The translations under genes and the position numbers were made by a program. A stretch of 64,000 nt of DNA from Nitrospirales bacterium (GTDB lineage Bacteria; Nitrospirota; Nitrospiria; Nitrospirales; UBA8639): the NCBI GenBank assembly GCA_963422365.1, contig OY729426.1, forward strand, positions 896,001-960,000, in the 5' to 3' direction. Position 1 is the stretch's first letter, and each line of letters begins with the position of its first letter. Of the stretch, positions 31,906 through 41,856 are shown piece after piece. The notes under the pieces are model-generated. The model was not told where the DNA came from, did not search any database, and saw nothing but the letters and a program-made list of their open reading frames with translations.

Positions 31906-32316
31906 TTATTGTGAAAACTGAATGCCCGTCTCCTGTACCTCTCGGTACGGGAGCAACCACACGAGTGACTCATCATGAAGGTCGCCGACTTGGATGCGGT
32001 TGCCCCAGGGGTCGCGGAAATCGCAACGGAAATGAGGCTCTAACGTCAGGCCGTATGTGTTGATGAGTTTGTCCCGCACTTCATTGAGTTGTGCTTCATC
32101 CCGGACCATGATGCCGAAGTGTTTCATGCGATCGGGTTGCAGGGTTTCCACTTCAAAAATGGCCAGGAACTGATGCTCCCCGAGTTTGCACCAGGCGGCT
32201 CCCTCCCCTCCCCGCAGCATTTCCAGGTTGAACACGTCTGAGTAAAACTCTACGGCTTTTTGCGCGTCGGTCACTTCGATGACGACGTGATTGCATCCAT
32301 AGACTTGAACGGCCAT
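31906..32316 (-). CDS. VOC/glyoxalase family protein
   Basis: NHVVIEVTD..KAVEFYSDVF, HFGI, FRDPWGNRIQV. Confidence 0.85.
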   Translation of the reverse strand: MAVQVYGCNHVVIEVTDAQKAVEFYSDVFNLEMLRGGEGAAWCKLGEHQFLAIFEVETLQPDRMKHFGIMVRDEAQLNEVRDKLINTYGLTLEPHFRCDFRDPWGNRIQVGDLHDESLVWLLPYREVQETGIQFSQ

Positions 32317-32337
32317 CTCTGTATCTCCTTTTTCAGT

Positions 32338-33945
32338 TTACCCCATCTCCAGAAGATCATGGTCGGGGTTTCGTTCTTTGGCGAAGGTTTTGGACCAGGG
32401 AGAGCGGAAGAGGACAACCGGACGGCCGAGTTGGTCTTTCACCACTAGGGCATCCGATGGTGCCCGGAAGGTGTCGAGGTCTCCGACCAGCCAGGCACTA
32501 CATTCATAGGACAAGGTTTCCAGTCGAGTCTCCACACGATATTCAGTGCGCAAGCGAAACGCCAGGACATCGAACTGGAGGCGACCCACGGCGCCGACGA
32601 GGAATTCCAGCTCATCGAGGCTCCAGAGAAGCTGCACCGTGCCTTCGGTGGCCATTTGCTCCATGCCTTTATCAAAGGCTTTGCGTTTCCCCACGTCGGT
32701 GGGATGAATTTTAGCAAACACCTCCGGTTGAAACTGGGGAAGCGGTTGATAGTTGAAGCCGTCATTCAGTGAGATGGTATCGCCAATGGCAAACTGTCCT
32801 GGGTTGATGATTCCGATGATGTCTCCCGGATACGCCAGATCCACGGTGTTGCGGCCTTTGGCGACGAGACGATGTGGCCGAGACAGGCGCACGTCATGTC
32901 CAAGGCGGTGATGTCTGACTACCATGTCACGCTCGAATCTTCCGGAGCAGACCCGTAAGAAGGCTGTGCTATCGCGATGACGGGGATTCATGTTCGCCTG
33001 GATCTTAAAGATATAGGCGCTGAATGGTTGCTCCGCCGGGTCCACGACGAGTGCCGTCCCATCAGGCTGATCAGCCGTTCGTGGTATGGCAGCGGGCGCC
33101 ATCTCCACAAAGGCATCGAAGAAATTTTCGATGCCGAAGTTCGTGAGCGCAGAGGCAAAAAAAACGGGCGTCACCTCACCGCTAAGAAAAGCATCCTGCG
33201 AATAGGGGTTCCCTGCCACGTCCAACAGTTCCAAATCGTGGTTGACCTCTTGTAATAAGGGTTCCTCGATCAGAGCCTTGGCTTCAGGGCTATCCAAGGA
33301 AATTTCCCGGCGGCCGGCTTTTGCGGATCCTTGCGCCGCCATTTTTTCGAACAGCGAAACCTGTCGTGTGGCACGGTCTACGACTCCCACGAATTGTTGT
33401 CCTGAACCAACAGGCCAATTGATTGGATTGGCATGAATACGGAGGACGTCTTCCACCTCCGCCATGAGATCGAGGGGCATGCGTCCCGGCAGATCCATTT
33501 TGTTGATCAACGTCAGGACGGGGATGGTGCGCAACCGACACACCTCGAATAATTTCCGCGTTTGGGTTTCAACGCCTTTCGCCGCGTCGATGACCATCAC
33601 GGCACTATCCGCGGCGGTCAGCGTCCGATACGTGTCTTCGCAGAAATCCTGGTGGCCCGGGGTATCGAGGACGTTGATGACGGCATGTTTGTACTGGAAC
33701 TGCATGGCCGATGCGGTGATCGAGATCCCGCGCTCTTGTTCCATTTCCATCCAGTCGGACGTCGCTGTCTTGGAGCTTTTTCGGCTTCCCACCATCCCCG
33801 CTGTGCGGACCATCCCTGAATAGAGCAGCAATTTTTCCGTGACGGTGGTTTTCCCTGCGTCAGGATGACTGATAATGGCAAAGGTTCGGCGCTTGTTGGC
33901 TTGGGCCCGAACGTCGTTTCGAATTCGTGGGTCGTACGTGACCAT
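32338..33945 (-). CDS. prfC: Peptide chain release factor 3
   Basis: RRTFAIISHPDAGKTT, SDWMEMEQERGISI, DTPGHQDF, FKIQANM, GAVGRLQFDV. Confidence 0.96.
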   Translation of the reverse strand: MVTYDPRIRNDVRAQANKRRTFAIISHPDAGKTTVTEKLLLYSGMVRTAGMVGSRKSSKTATSDWMEMEQERGISITASAMQFQYKHAVINVLDTPGHQDFCEDTYRTLTAADSAVMVIDAAKGVETQTRKLFEVCRLRTIPVLTLINKMDLPGRMPLDLMAEVEDVLRIHANPINWPVGSGQQFVGVVDRATRQVSLFEKMAAQGSAKAGRREISLDSPEAKALIEEPLLQEVNHDLELLDVAGNPYSQDAFLSGEVTPVFFASALTNFGIENFFDAFVEMAPAAIPRTADQPDGTALVVDPAEQPFSAYIFKIQANMNPRHRDSTAFLRVCSGRFERDMVVRHHRLGHDVRLSRPHRLVAKGRNTVDLAYPGDIIGIINPGQFAIGDTISLNDGFNYQPLPQFQPEVFAKIHPTDVGKRKAFDKGMEQMATEGTVQLLWSLDELEFLVGAVGRLQFDVLAFRLRTEYRVETRLETLSYECSAWLVGDLDTFRAPSDALVVKDQLGRPVVLFRSPWSKTFAKERNPDHDLLEMG

Positions 33946-33960
33946 GATAAACATTGTGGG

Positions 33961-35340
33961 CTAGAGGTCTTGGAGTCGACCTTGGGCTCTGGCGAGATCC
34001 ACACGTGACGCATTGAAATTGAACAGTGCTTCAATCAGATTGTCCCGAGCGTGCGCCACCGACGTTTGGGCGTCCGTGACTTCGATATTGGTGGCGACGC
34101 CCACGGCGAAGCGCTGCCGGGCGAGGTTGAGTTCCCAGAATGCTAAACGAAGCCCTTCTTGGGCCACGGTGACTTGTTGGTGGGTCGATTTCAGCGTCAG
34201 CAGCGCGTCTCGAACTTCCAGCGCCACTTGATAGGCAAGGTCTCTGGTTTTGATGACCTCCTGGCGGACGACGCTTCGACGCTCGGAAATGCGCCCTTCT
34301 CGTTGTCCTCCGTCAAAAATGGGAATGGAGAACATCAGTTGCAAATTGTCAGTGGTCACCATTTCGTTGAGTCGATTTCCGATCCTTCCGATATCTCCGC
34401 TACCCGTAAGAGCCGGCACGCGTTCCATGGTCACGGAATTCAACGTGAGTTCCGCCAAGCGCTCACGCTTTTTTTGGACTTTGAGTTCCACTCGGTTTTC
34501 CTGGGCGACTTGTAAGGCGTCGCGGATGGTTTGAGGCGCAACGTTCGTCAACGTGAGTGTGTCGGTCAGAATGAGCTTCACATCGAAAGGCAGGCCGACG
34601 GCTCGACTCAAATTCAGTTGAGCCCGACGATCTTCGTTTCTTGCCACGAGCAATCGTTGTTTTTCGTTCTCAAATTGGACCTTGGCCCGAGTGACGTCCA
34701 AACGGGTGGCCATGCCGACCGACTTGCGCTCTACGGCCAAGCGCAGCAGTTGCTTGTTGAGCCTGACGTCTGCCAAGCGGGCTTTCACGGCTTTCTGCGC
34801 CCGTAACGTTTCCAAGTAGGTGAGGCCGACAATGGCCATGGCGTCCATTTTCTGGGTTTCCGAGTCGAGACTGGCCACCTCGACGTTCATTCGGGCGGTG
34901 CGCCACTTTGCAATGAGGCTGAGGCTAAAAATATTTTGTGTGAGAGACACACGGGCTTCGTAGAAATTTCGTGGGGTGGTCGCTTCTGATCTGCCACCAA
35001 ATGAACCACTAAAAAACCGTCGCCGTGCGTAGCTGGCTCTGGCCTGAATATTAGGTAGAAAAGCCCTGAATTGCGTAGAGGCTTGACTTTCGGCTTGGGT
35101 GATACGCTCTCTAAGGAGTTGCACTGTGGGATTCTCATCCACGGCGGCTTGCATGGCTTCACGCATGCTGAGCCGCAGTTCGAGCGGGGTTTCTCGGGAA
35201 ACGGCTTCATCCTGCGCCCAGGAGAGCTGAGCGGCCCCACACAACGACACGATTCCAACGAGGATCATGACGAGCACGAGGGCTCGGTGGGAAGACGCGT
35301 GACTGCTGGAATATTGGTTGTTCATAAACATCTCCATCAT
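33961..35340 (-). CDS. TolC family outer-membrane efflux protein
   Basis: Signal peptide, two OEP repeats, IPIFDGG, RF.VG.AT..EV.DAQ. Confidence 0.9.
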   Translation of the reverse strand: MMEMFMNNQYSSSHASSHRALVLVMILVGIVSLCGAAQLSWAQDEAVSRETPLELRLSMREAMQAAVDENPTVQLLRERITQAESQASTQFRAFLPNIQARASYARRRFFSGSFGGRSEATTPRNFYEARVSLTQNIFSLSLIAKWRTARMNVEVASLDSETQKMDAMAIVGLTYLETLRAQKAVKARLADVRLNKQLLRLAVERKSVGMATRLDVTRAKVQFENEKQRLLVARNEDRRAQLNLSRAVGLPFDVKLILTDTLTLTNVAPQTIRDALQVAQENRVELKVQKKRERLAELTLNSVTMERVPALTGSGDIGRIGNRLNEMVTTDNLQLMFSIPIFDGGQREGRISERRSVVRQEVIKTRDLAYQVALEVRDALLTLKSTHQQVTVAQEGLRLAFWELNLARQRFAVGVATNIEVTDAQTSVAHARDNLIEALFNFNASRVDLARAQGRLQDL

Positions 35341-38300
35341 GTCTGATGCGTTTCCGGAACCAGGGCCTCTTCTGATGGCGCGGCCTCACGGTTGAGTTTC
35401 CAGTCCATCACGAGGCTGAATAGCGCCGGAACCACGAGGATCGTAAAAGCGGTTGAGAGCATAAGGCCGCCGAGTACCACGCTGCCGATGCCTCGGTACA
35501 ATTCCGATCCGGCACCCGAAGCCAGCACCAGCGGCAGGAGGGCAAAGGTTGTGGTCAGCATACTCATCATGATGGGCCTGACGCGTGATCGCACGGATTC
35601 GGCGATGGCTTGACGGGCCGACATGCCGCCCGCCGTCTCGCTTTCCCCAGATCCCCAGAGATTCCGCCGGGTTGGATCTATAAAGTTCAAGGCTTGATGC
35701 ACGACCAAAATGGCATTGTTGACCACGACACCGATTAAAATAATAAACCCCAACATGGTCAAAACATCCAAGGGTTGATAGGTGATCACGTGATTGACGA
35801 CAAACAGTCCGAGAATGCCTCCAGCCGCAGCTAACGGCACACTCAAGATAATGACAAAGGGATACAGGAAGCTTTCAAACAAGGCGGCCATGAGCAAATA
35901 GGTAATGAGCAAAGCCAAGAAAAGATTATATTTCAGGGCGTCATAGGTTTTTGAGAGATCATCCGCCGTGCCTGAGAGGCGAATATTATAGAGACGACCA
36001 AGATCTCCTGCTTCTTTGAGTGGAAGGATGATCTGCTGTTCAATCAATTCCATAGCCGTCTCCAGAGGCATTTCGGTTGGCGGAATGACTTGGATGGTAA
36101 TAGCCCGTTCCCGTTCGATATGGTTGATTTGTTCTGGGCCTGCAACGAGTTTGATGTCGGCAATATCGCCCACTGTGGCGAGACGGTCACCGCGGGTAAA
36201 GATGGGAAGGTTTGCCAGGTCTTGCGTTCGATCGGCATAGTGATCGATGCCCCGAATGGTAAGATCGATTTCGTCGCCTTCAAATTGGTAGTCACTCGCT
36301 TTCGCCCCGTCTACCAAGGCATCAACGGTAAAGCCGAGTTCTTGATTGGTCATTTGCACGTCAGCCGCCCGTTCTCGCCTCAGGCTCACTCGCACTTCAG
36401 GACTTCCCAAGTCAAGACTTGGCTTGGGGCGAACCTGTGAGCCTGGTAAGATTCCCCGAACCTGTCCGAAGATTTGTCCGCCCAGCGTGATGAGCCGATC
36501 GAGATTTGGTCCGGTAATTTCAATATCGATATTTCGCCCTTCGCCCAACCCTCGTTGAAATAAACTGCTTTGGGTCACAATTCCGATGATCCCGGGGATA
36601 TCGGCCATGGCTCTGCGAAAAACCGGGATCAAGTCACGGATTTGGGCATCGTCATTGGTGCGCGCACCCATAAACACCGAACGTCCACGCGCCACGTAGA
36701 AAAAATTGCGAATGCTGGGACCATCCAAGGCAGCTTCCTCCGGGGACCCCGGTCGGGCTTCCCAATGGGGAGTGAGAATGTGCTCAATGGATGCTCCTAA
36801 ACGAACAAACTTCTCCGTGTTGTACCCAGGCGGAGGCAGGACCATGCCGATGAGAAGATTGCGCTCCCCATTGGGCAGGTATTCGGCTTTCGGTAACAAC
36901 AGTGCGGTGATGCCAATGGCTAACGCGGTGAAGCCGAATACGATCCCCCCCCGCCAGCGGGTACTGCCGCACATCCAATAAATGAAATCTCGAATTCGGG
37001 CGGCGTTCATCCCCATCCGGTCAGTCATTCGCTTCAAGCGAGAGGAGGAGTGGCTTTGAGGTGTTTGACGGGTCCTGGTCGTCAAAATGCGTGCAGACAG
37101 GCAAGGAATAACGGTAATGGAAACCAGGAGGCTCAGCCCCACGCCGGCGCTGATGGCAATGGCAATGTCCCGAAAGAGTTGTCCGGCTTGTTCTTCAATA
37201 AACACAATGGGCACGAAGACGGCAATGGTCGTGAGGGTGCTTGCCAGGACCGCTCCCCATACTTCCGTGGTGCCGTCGTAGGCGGCTTGCCGCAGAGGTT
37301 TGCCAGACTCTCGGTGACGATAAATGTTTTCCAAGACGACAATGGAATTGTCGACTAACATGCCTGCGGCGAACGTCATCCCCGCGAGACTGATCACATT
37401 CACGTTTCGGTCCAAAAACCACAACGCAATAAAGGTTCCCATGATGCTGAGAGGAATGGCTAATCCAATCACGAGGGTCGTGCTTCCCGTGCGCAGAAAC
37501 AGAAAGAGAATCGTCACGGCGAGGATGCTGCCGATCACTAGGTTTTTTTGCACCAAGTTGATGGAGCTATAGATGTAGTCCGTTTCGTCATAGACTTGAA
37601 AAAGTTTGAAGCCTCGTCTTTCGAGGACCCCCTCGTTCAGTTCCTGAACGGCTTCTCGAAGCTTCTGCATCGTGTCCAGGATGTTGGCTCCCGTCTCGCG
37701 AATGACATTGACGGCAATGGAATTGCGCCCCATTTCCCGAACGACGTGTGCAGGCTCTTTATACGCAATGCTGACAGTCGCAATGTCCCGCACGTACACC
37801 GGCGCACCATTCCGTCTTGTAATAATGACATGCCCCACGTCTTCGGGGCTTTGGTACTCGCCGATGGTTCTGACGACATACGAACGTTTGCCTTCGTCAA
37901 AATCACCTGCACTAAAGTCGCGATTTTCCTGATCCAGCGCTTGCGCCAGATCTCGAACCGTCAGAGAACGAATGGCCAGTTTCATGGGATCCACGAGCAC
38001 GCGCAGCTCTCGCTCGCGCCCCCCATAGACATTGGACGCGGCCACACCAGGAATTCGCTCGAATCGTGCCTTGATCACGTCTTCTGCAAAATCGCGCAAG
38101 GTATCGATGACCACGGGGTTTCCTTCCAACGGTTCAAAAATAAACCACCCCATGGCGTTGCCGCGCGTATCGGCACTGCTAATCACGGGTTCATCCACTT
38201 CGTCGGGGTATTCCTTGACTTGATTTAGTCGATTGGAGACACGAAGAAGAGCCGTGTCGGTATTGGCTCCGGCAGGAAATCGAAGGATGATTTGCGCGGA

Positions 38301-38561
38301 GTTGTAGGAACTTTCGCTGAACATCTTCTCCAGCCCTTCCACGCCTTTAATCTGCTCCTCCTGTTTCTCCACGATCTCGCGTTCCACTTCTTTGGGGCTT
38401 GCCCCCTGCCATCGGGTTTGAATCGTGATCTCGGGCTTGGAGACATCGGGCGTGAGTTGGATGGGCAGTTTGGTGAGAGCCACAACTCCAAAGAGGACCA
38501 CGAGAATTACTCCCACGGCTGTGGTGACCGGGTAGCGGATGGCGAATTGAATGACGTTCAT
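35337..38561 (-). CDS. RND efflux transporter permease (AcrB/CzcA superfamily)
   Basis: 1074 aa. GMLVDNSIVVLENI, STLTTIAVFVP, GVVVNNAILV, RVRPIMM. Confidence 0.95.
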   Translation of the reverse strand: MNVIQFAIRYPVTTAVGVILVVLFGVVALTKLPIQLTPDVSKPEITIQTRWQGASPKEVEREIVEKQEEQIKGVEGLEKMFSESSYNSAQIILRFPAGANTDTALLRVSNRLNQVKEYPDEVDEPVISSADTRGNAMGWFIFEPLEGNPVVIDTLRDFAEDVIKARFERIPGVAASNVYGGRERELRVLVDPMKLAIRSLTVRDLAQALDQENRDFSAGDFDEGKRSYVVRTIGEYQSPEDVGHVIITRRNGAPVYVRDIATVSIAYKEPAHVVREMGRNSIAVNVIRETGANILDTMQKLREAVQELNEGVLERRGFKLFQVYDETDYIYSSINLVQKNLVIGSILAVTILFLFLRTGSTTLVIGLAIPLSIMGTFIALWFLDRNVNVISLAGMTFAAGMLVDNSIVVLENIYRHRESGKPLRQAAYDGTTEVWGAVLASTLTTIAVFVPIVFIEEQAGQLFRDIAIAISAGVGLSLLVSITVIPCLSARILTTRTRQTPQSHSSSRLKRMTDRMGMNAARIRDFIYWMCGSTRWRGGIVFGFTALAIGITALLLPKAEYLPNGERNLLIGMVLPPPGYNTEKFVRLGASIEHILTPHWEARPGSPEEAALDGPSIRNFFYVARGRSVFMGARTNDDAQIRDLIPVFRRAMADIPGIIGIVTQSSLFQRGLGEGRNIDIEITGPNLDRLITLGGQIFGQVRGILPGSQVRPKPSLDLGSPEVRVSLRRERAADVQMTNQELGFTVDALVDGAKASDYQFEGDEIDLTIRGIDHYADRTQDLANLPIFTRGDRLATVGDIADIKLVAGPEQINHIERERAITIQVIPPTEMPLETAMELIEQQIILPLKEAGDLGRLYNIRLSGTADDLSKTYDALKYNLFLALLITYLLMAALFESFLYPFVIILSVPLAAAGGILGLFVVNHVITYQPLDVLTMLGFIILIGVVVNNAILVVHQALNFIDPTRRNLWGSGESETAGGMSARQAIAESVRSRVRPIMMSMLTTTFALLPLVLASGAGSELYRGIGSVVLGGLMLSTAFTILVVPALFSLVMDWKLNREAAPSEEALVPETHQT

Positions 38562-39697
38562 CGGTTGTCGGCAGGAGCCTCTAAAATACGCACGGGTTGG
38601 CCGGGGAACAGTCGTTCGTTGCCTTCCACGACGACGGTCATTCCTTCTTGGATCTGCCCTTTGATTTCAATGAGGCCCTCTAGGTGAAGGACGGCGGTCA
38701 CCGGAATTTGGTCAACCGTTCCCTCATTCACTCGAAACACAAATTCCCGACCCCCTCGGAGGACCAAGGCGTCTTTCGGGACCACAATCCCTTGGTGGGG
38801 CCGATCGACTTGGAGCGTGATGCGGGACACCATGCCACTTTTAATAGCCAACGCCGGATTCGGAATATCCACTTTGACTGGAAAGGTTCTCGCGATTCGA
38901 TCAGCTTGGGCAATCAGCGAGAAGACTCGGCCTTGGGCCTCAAATTCCGGAAGGCCGTCGAAGGTTGCGGTGACGGGGTCGTGGATTTGAATATTGCTCA
39001 CGTAGCGTTCTGGAAGGGGGATCTCGACTTGCACATGAAAAAGGTCGACCATCTCGATAATCGCCCCACCTTCTTCCACCCACTGCCCGATCTCCGTAAA
39101 TTCTTGCGTAATCCATCCATCGAAGGGCGCGACGATGTTGGATTGGTTGAGCGAGTCTCTGACGCGTCGGATTTCGGCATCTAATTGGGACAGGCGTTCT
39201 CGAAGTGCCATTTCCTCGGCTTGGGCGTCATCAAATTCTTTTTGCGTGACGAGTTCTTTTTTAAAGAGGACTCGGATTCGGCTCAGATCTCGTTTGGCTT
39301 GTCGATGGCGGGTGCTGGCCTCTCGATGTGAGGACAAGGCTGAATCGAGTTGGATCTGCAACGTATCCGTCCGCAAGTGCGCCAACCGTTGCCCGCGTTT
39401 GACCGCCATGCCTTCTTTTGCCGGAAAGGTTTTGACCAACCCTCCCACTTCGCTGGCCACGATGCTTCGTTTCAATGGTTCAACGGTCCCAACCAATGTG
39501 ACGGTCTGCTTCACTTCTTGTCGGAGAACCGGAGCCACCCGCACCGGTGTCGGCGGAGGACCTTGGGGAGGAGGTGCGGCTTGCTGTTCGTTACATGCCG
39601 GGATCGTGATCAAGCACAGGAACAGAAAAAGGGACTGGCAGGCTTTGCAAAGACATTTCTGGAATGGGTGCATGATCGTCATGACGAGAAACACCAA
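38558..39697 (-). CDS. RND efflux membrane fusion protein (periplasmic adaptor)
   Basis: IPAC lipobox, lipoyl half-motifs, IVAPFDG, RTFPVK, VVPKDAL. Start uncertain. Confidence 0.92.
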   Translation of the reverse strand: MVFLVMTIMHPFQKCLCKACQSLFLFLCLITIPACNEQQAAPPPQGPPPTPVRVAPVLRQEVKQTVTLVGTVEPLKRSIVASEVGGLVKTFPAKEGMAVKRGQRLAHLRTDTLQIQLDSALSSHREASTRHRQAKRDLSRIRVLFKKELVTQKEFDDAQAEEMALRERLSQLDAEIRRVRDSLNQSNIVAPFDGWITQEFTEIGQWVEEGGAIIEMVDLFHVQVEIPLPERYVSNIQIHDPVTATFDGLPEFEAQGRVFSLIAQADRIARTFPVKVDIPNPALAIKSGMVSRITLQVDRPHQGIVVPKDALVLRGGREFVFRVNEGTVDQIPVTAVLHLEGLIEIKGQIQEGMTVVVEGNERLFPGQPVRILEAPADNR

Positions 39698-39741
39698 CGA
39701 ACCAAGTGAGCGTTGGATTCGAACATCTATCCTTCAAGCGT

Positions 39742-40392
39742 TTACCCGATGCGTCCGGCAACTCGCGCAACGGGTTCCTTTTCCAGACCACGCAAAAACA
39801 ATGAGCGAAGCACGCCTTGTTTTTCGACAAGGGCCCCGGTGGGTTTTTCCTGCAAAATCCATACATAGGTGGTGGCGTTCAACATGCCATGGAGTGCAAA
39901 TGCCCCGTCGGTAGGGTCTATTTTTCTGAACTCCTTGCGACGGATGCCTTGACGGATCAGGTCGGCGACCGTATCGACTTGAGCCGTGTATAACTTCCAG
40001 ACGCGTTCGCCCAGAACACTTTTGATGGTCCATTCAAACCCGCTCCATTCGGAAACGTAAATGCGAAAAAAGTCTCGATTCTGATCGGCATACTCGAGCT
40101 TCACCTGGATAAAGGCATTGATCTTGTCGCTGGAGCTTTTAGCCGGCGCGATTGCTTCCTCGATCAATCGCGCCAATTCTTCCAATTTGGCTTCCACAAG
40201 AGAAACATAAATCTCTTCCTTGCTTTTAAAGAATCGATACAGGGTGCCCATAGCAAATTGCGACGCGGCGGCAATATCGGCCATGCTGGTTTTGAAAAAG
40301 CCATTCTGGGAAAAAAGGCACTCCGCCGCCGCCAGGATTTCTTGCCGCCGGGCTTCATGTTCGCGTTGTTTTCGTTGTGTCCGCGCAGCCAT
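39742..40392 (-). CDS. TetR/AcrR family transcriptional regulator
   Basis: ILAAAECLF..GF..TSMADIA....GTLYRFFKSKEE HTH. First gene of the efflux operon. Confidence 0.93.
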   Translation of the reverse strand: MAARTQRKQREHEARRQEILAAAECLFSQNGFFKTSMADIAAASQFAMGTLYRFFKSKEEIYVSLVEAKLEELARLIEEAIAPAKSSSDKINAFIQVKLEYADQNRDFFRIYVSEWSGFEWTIKSVLGERVWKLYTAQVDTVADLIRQGIRRKEFRKIDPTDGAFALHGMLNATTYVWILQEKPTGALVEKQGVLRSLFLRGLEKEPVARVAGRIG

Positions 40393-40513
40393 ACACTAAT
40401 TCCATCAGCCGGTGAATATCTATTCTACTAGATGAAAATCCTGTTCTATAACGTAGAATACGCATTCAGTTTTTTGCAACTCTCCTCCCGAAAGGAATAC
40501 GCGATCACGCCAA

Positions 40514-41221
40514 TTATTGAGATGAACCAGGAGGCTTGTGCGACTCGGCCTGGGATGGTAACGCTGGAGTGTTGTCCAGAGCAGAAGGCGTTGCCGCGAT
40601 CTTCCCGTTGGCCGCTCCACCCGAGACCCCACCCGAGACGATAAAGGTCATGATGTCCGCGCTGTCGGCTTCAAGCGGGCGAATGTGACTGCGAGGAACG
40701 ACTAAAAGGTTGCCCGCAAAGTTGTAGGATTGCGGAAAGTAGACGGCCACTCGATCTTTGAGCCCTAACGAGTCCAGATTCTGGCGCGTGACAAACCCGA
40801 TTGCTTCGGCATGTCCGCCTGGGACGAGTGTGACGAGGACGGGTTGGTTAAAACGCTTTTTTTCACCCATAAACGCTTCGATGAGATCTTTGAGCGACGT
40901 ATAGACCAATTTGACAAAGGGAGTGCGGGTTAAGATTTTTTCCAGAGAGCCTAAGGCTCCACGGAAGAACACGTTCGAGGCAAGGCGGCCGACAAGAATG
41001 AGCATGCCGATGGTGAGGAGAAACCCCATCCCTGGAACAGGGATATTCAGCCAGCCGTCAATAACATTAAATACCAGAAAGACGACGTAGATCGTGACGG
41101 CCACCGGGACTACAAGAAACAGGCCTTCAAAGAAATTTCTCGCCAATTCTTGCATGTCCCAACGCTTGGGAATGACTTCATCTTTGATAGATTGAAGAAT
41201 TTCTTTCCAGTCAAAACTCAT
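40514..41221 (-). CDS. DUF502 family membrane protein
   Basis: GLFLVVPVAVT, RTPFVKLVYTSLKD, IGFVT, FIVSGGV. Confidence 0.8.
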   Translation of the reverse strand: MSFDWKEILQSIKDEVIPKRWDMQELARNFFEGLFLVVPVAVTIYVVFLVFNVIDGWLNIPVPGMGFLLTIGMLILVGRLASNVFFRGALGSLEKILTRTPFVKLVYTSLKDLIEAFMGEKKRFNQPVLVTLVPGGHAEAIGFVTRQNLDSLGLKDRVAVYFPQSYNFAGNLLVVPRSHIRPLEADSADIMTFIVSGGVSGGAANGKIAATPSALDNTPALPSQAESHKPPGSSQ

Positions 41222-41433
41222 TGAGTCAGCCTCTGGATCAATACGTCAAAAGCGTGTCCCCGACCTGATTTACTTGACTCTAACCGGAGAGAAGGGTTTG
41301 AGACAAGGGTGGTTGTCGATTGGACAACACGATGCCGGTAAATTTGACACTCAACTCCCAAACCCGTCACAGTAATATTAAGGATAATTAAGGAATCCGA
41401 GCTTTATCCATACCATGCAGAAAGGTACACATT

Positions 41434-41700
41434 GTGGCAGGCGAAGTCTCACCGCGGAAACCATCTTCATCAGATAAATCGAAAGGGCCCCTTGAAACCG
41501 AAATCCTGACGGTCCACGTTGAGCGTGAAGGCCAGCAAGTCAGTGCCAAATGGGGGCTGAATCCGCGATTAAAAGAAGAATTGACTCCTGAGGAATGGAA
41601 AGAGGTGACGGACATTATGGGTAAAGTCACCGACATTGTGGGAAAACGGTTTTCGGAAATGTTAACGCAAGGGCCAACGGAAAGCGTCGGAAACGCGTAA
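41434..41700 (+). CDS. Small hypothetical protein
   Basis: 88-aa ORF with GTG start after AAAGG, amphipathic helical composition, fills the intergenic gap. Confidence 0.55.
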   Translation: MAGEVSPRKPSSSDKSKGPLETEILTVHVEREGQQVSAKWGLNPRLKEELTPEEWKEVTDIMGKVTDIVGKRFSEMLTQGPTESVGNA

Positions 41701-41856
41701 GCCCGTAGATTTCCCCTCAGGACAAGCGCTGCGCTCGGAATGACAAATTGTTTATTTGCACAACCGCACCGGTCTGGTAAGGCACGATCAGATCGTGCCT
41801 TCTTCGGGGCGGCATGAGATGCCGCCGCTACAAGAAGGCGTGCAGGGGAGTCGGCC

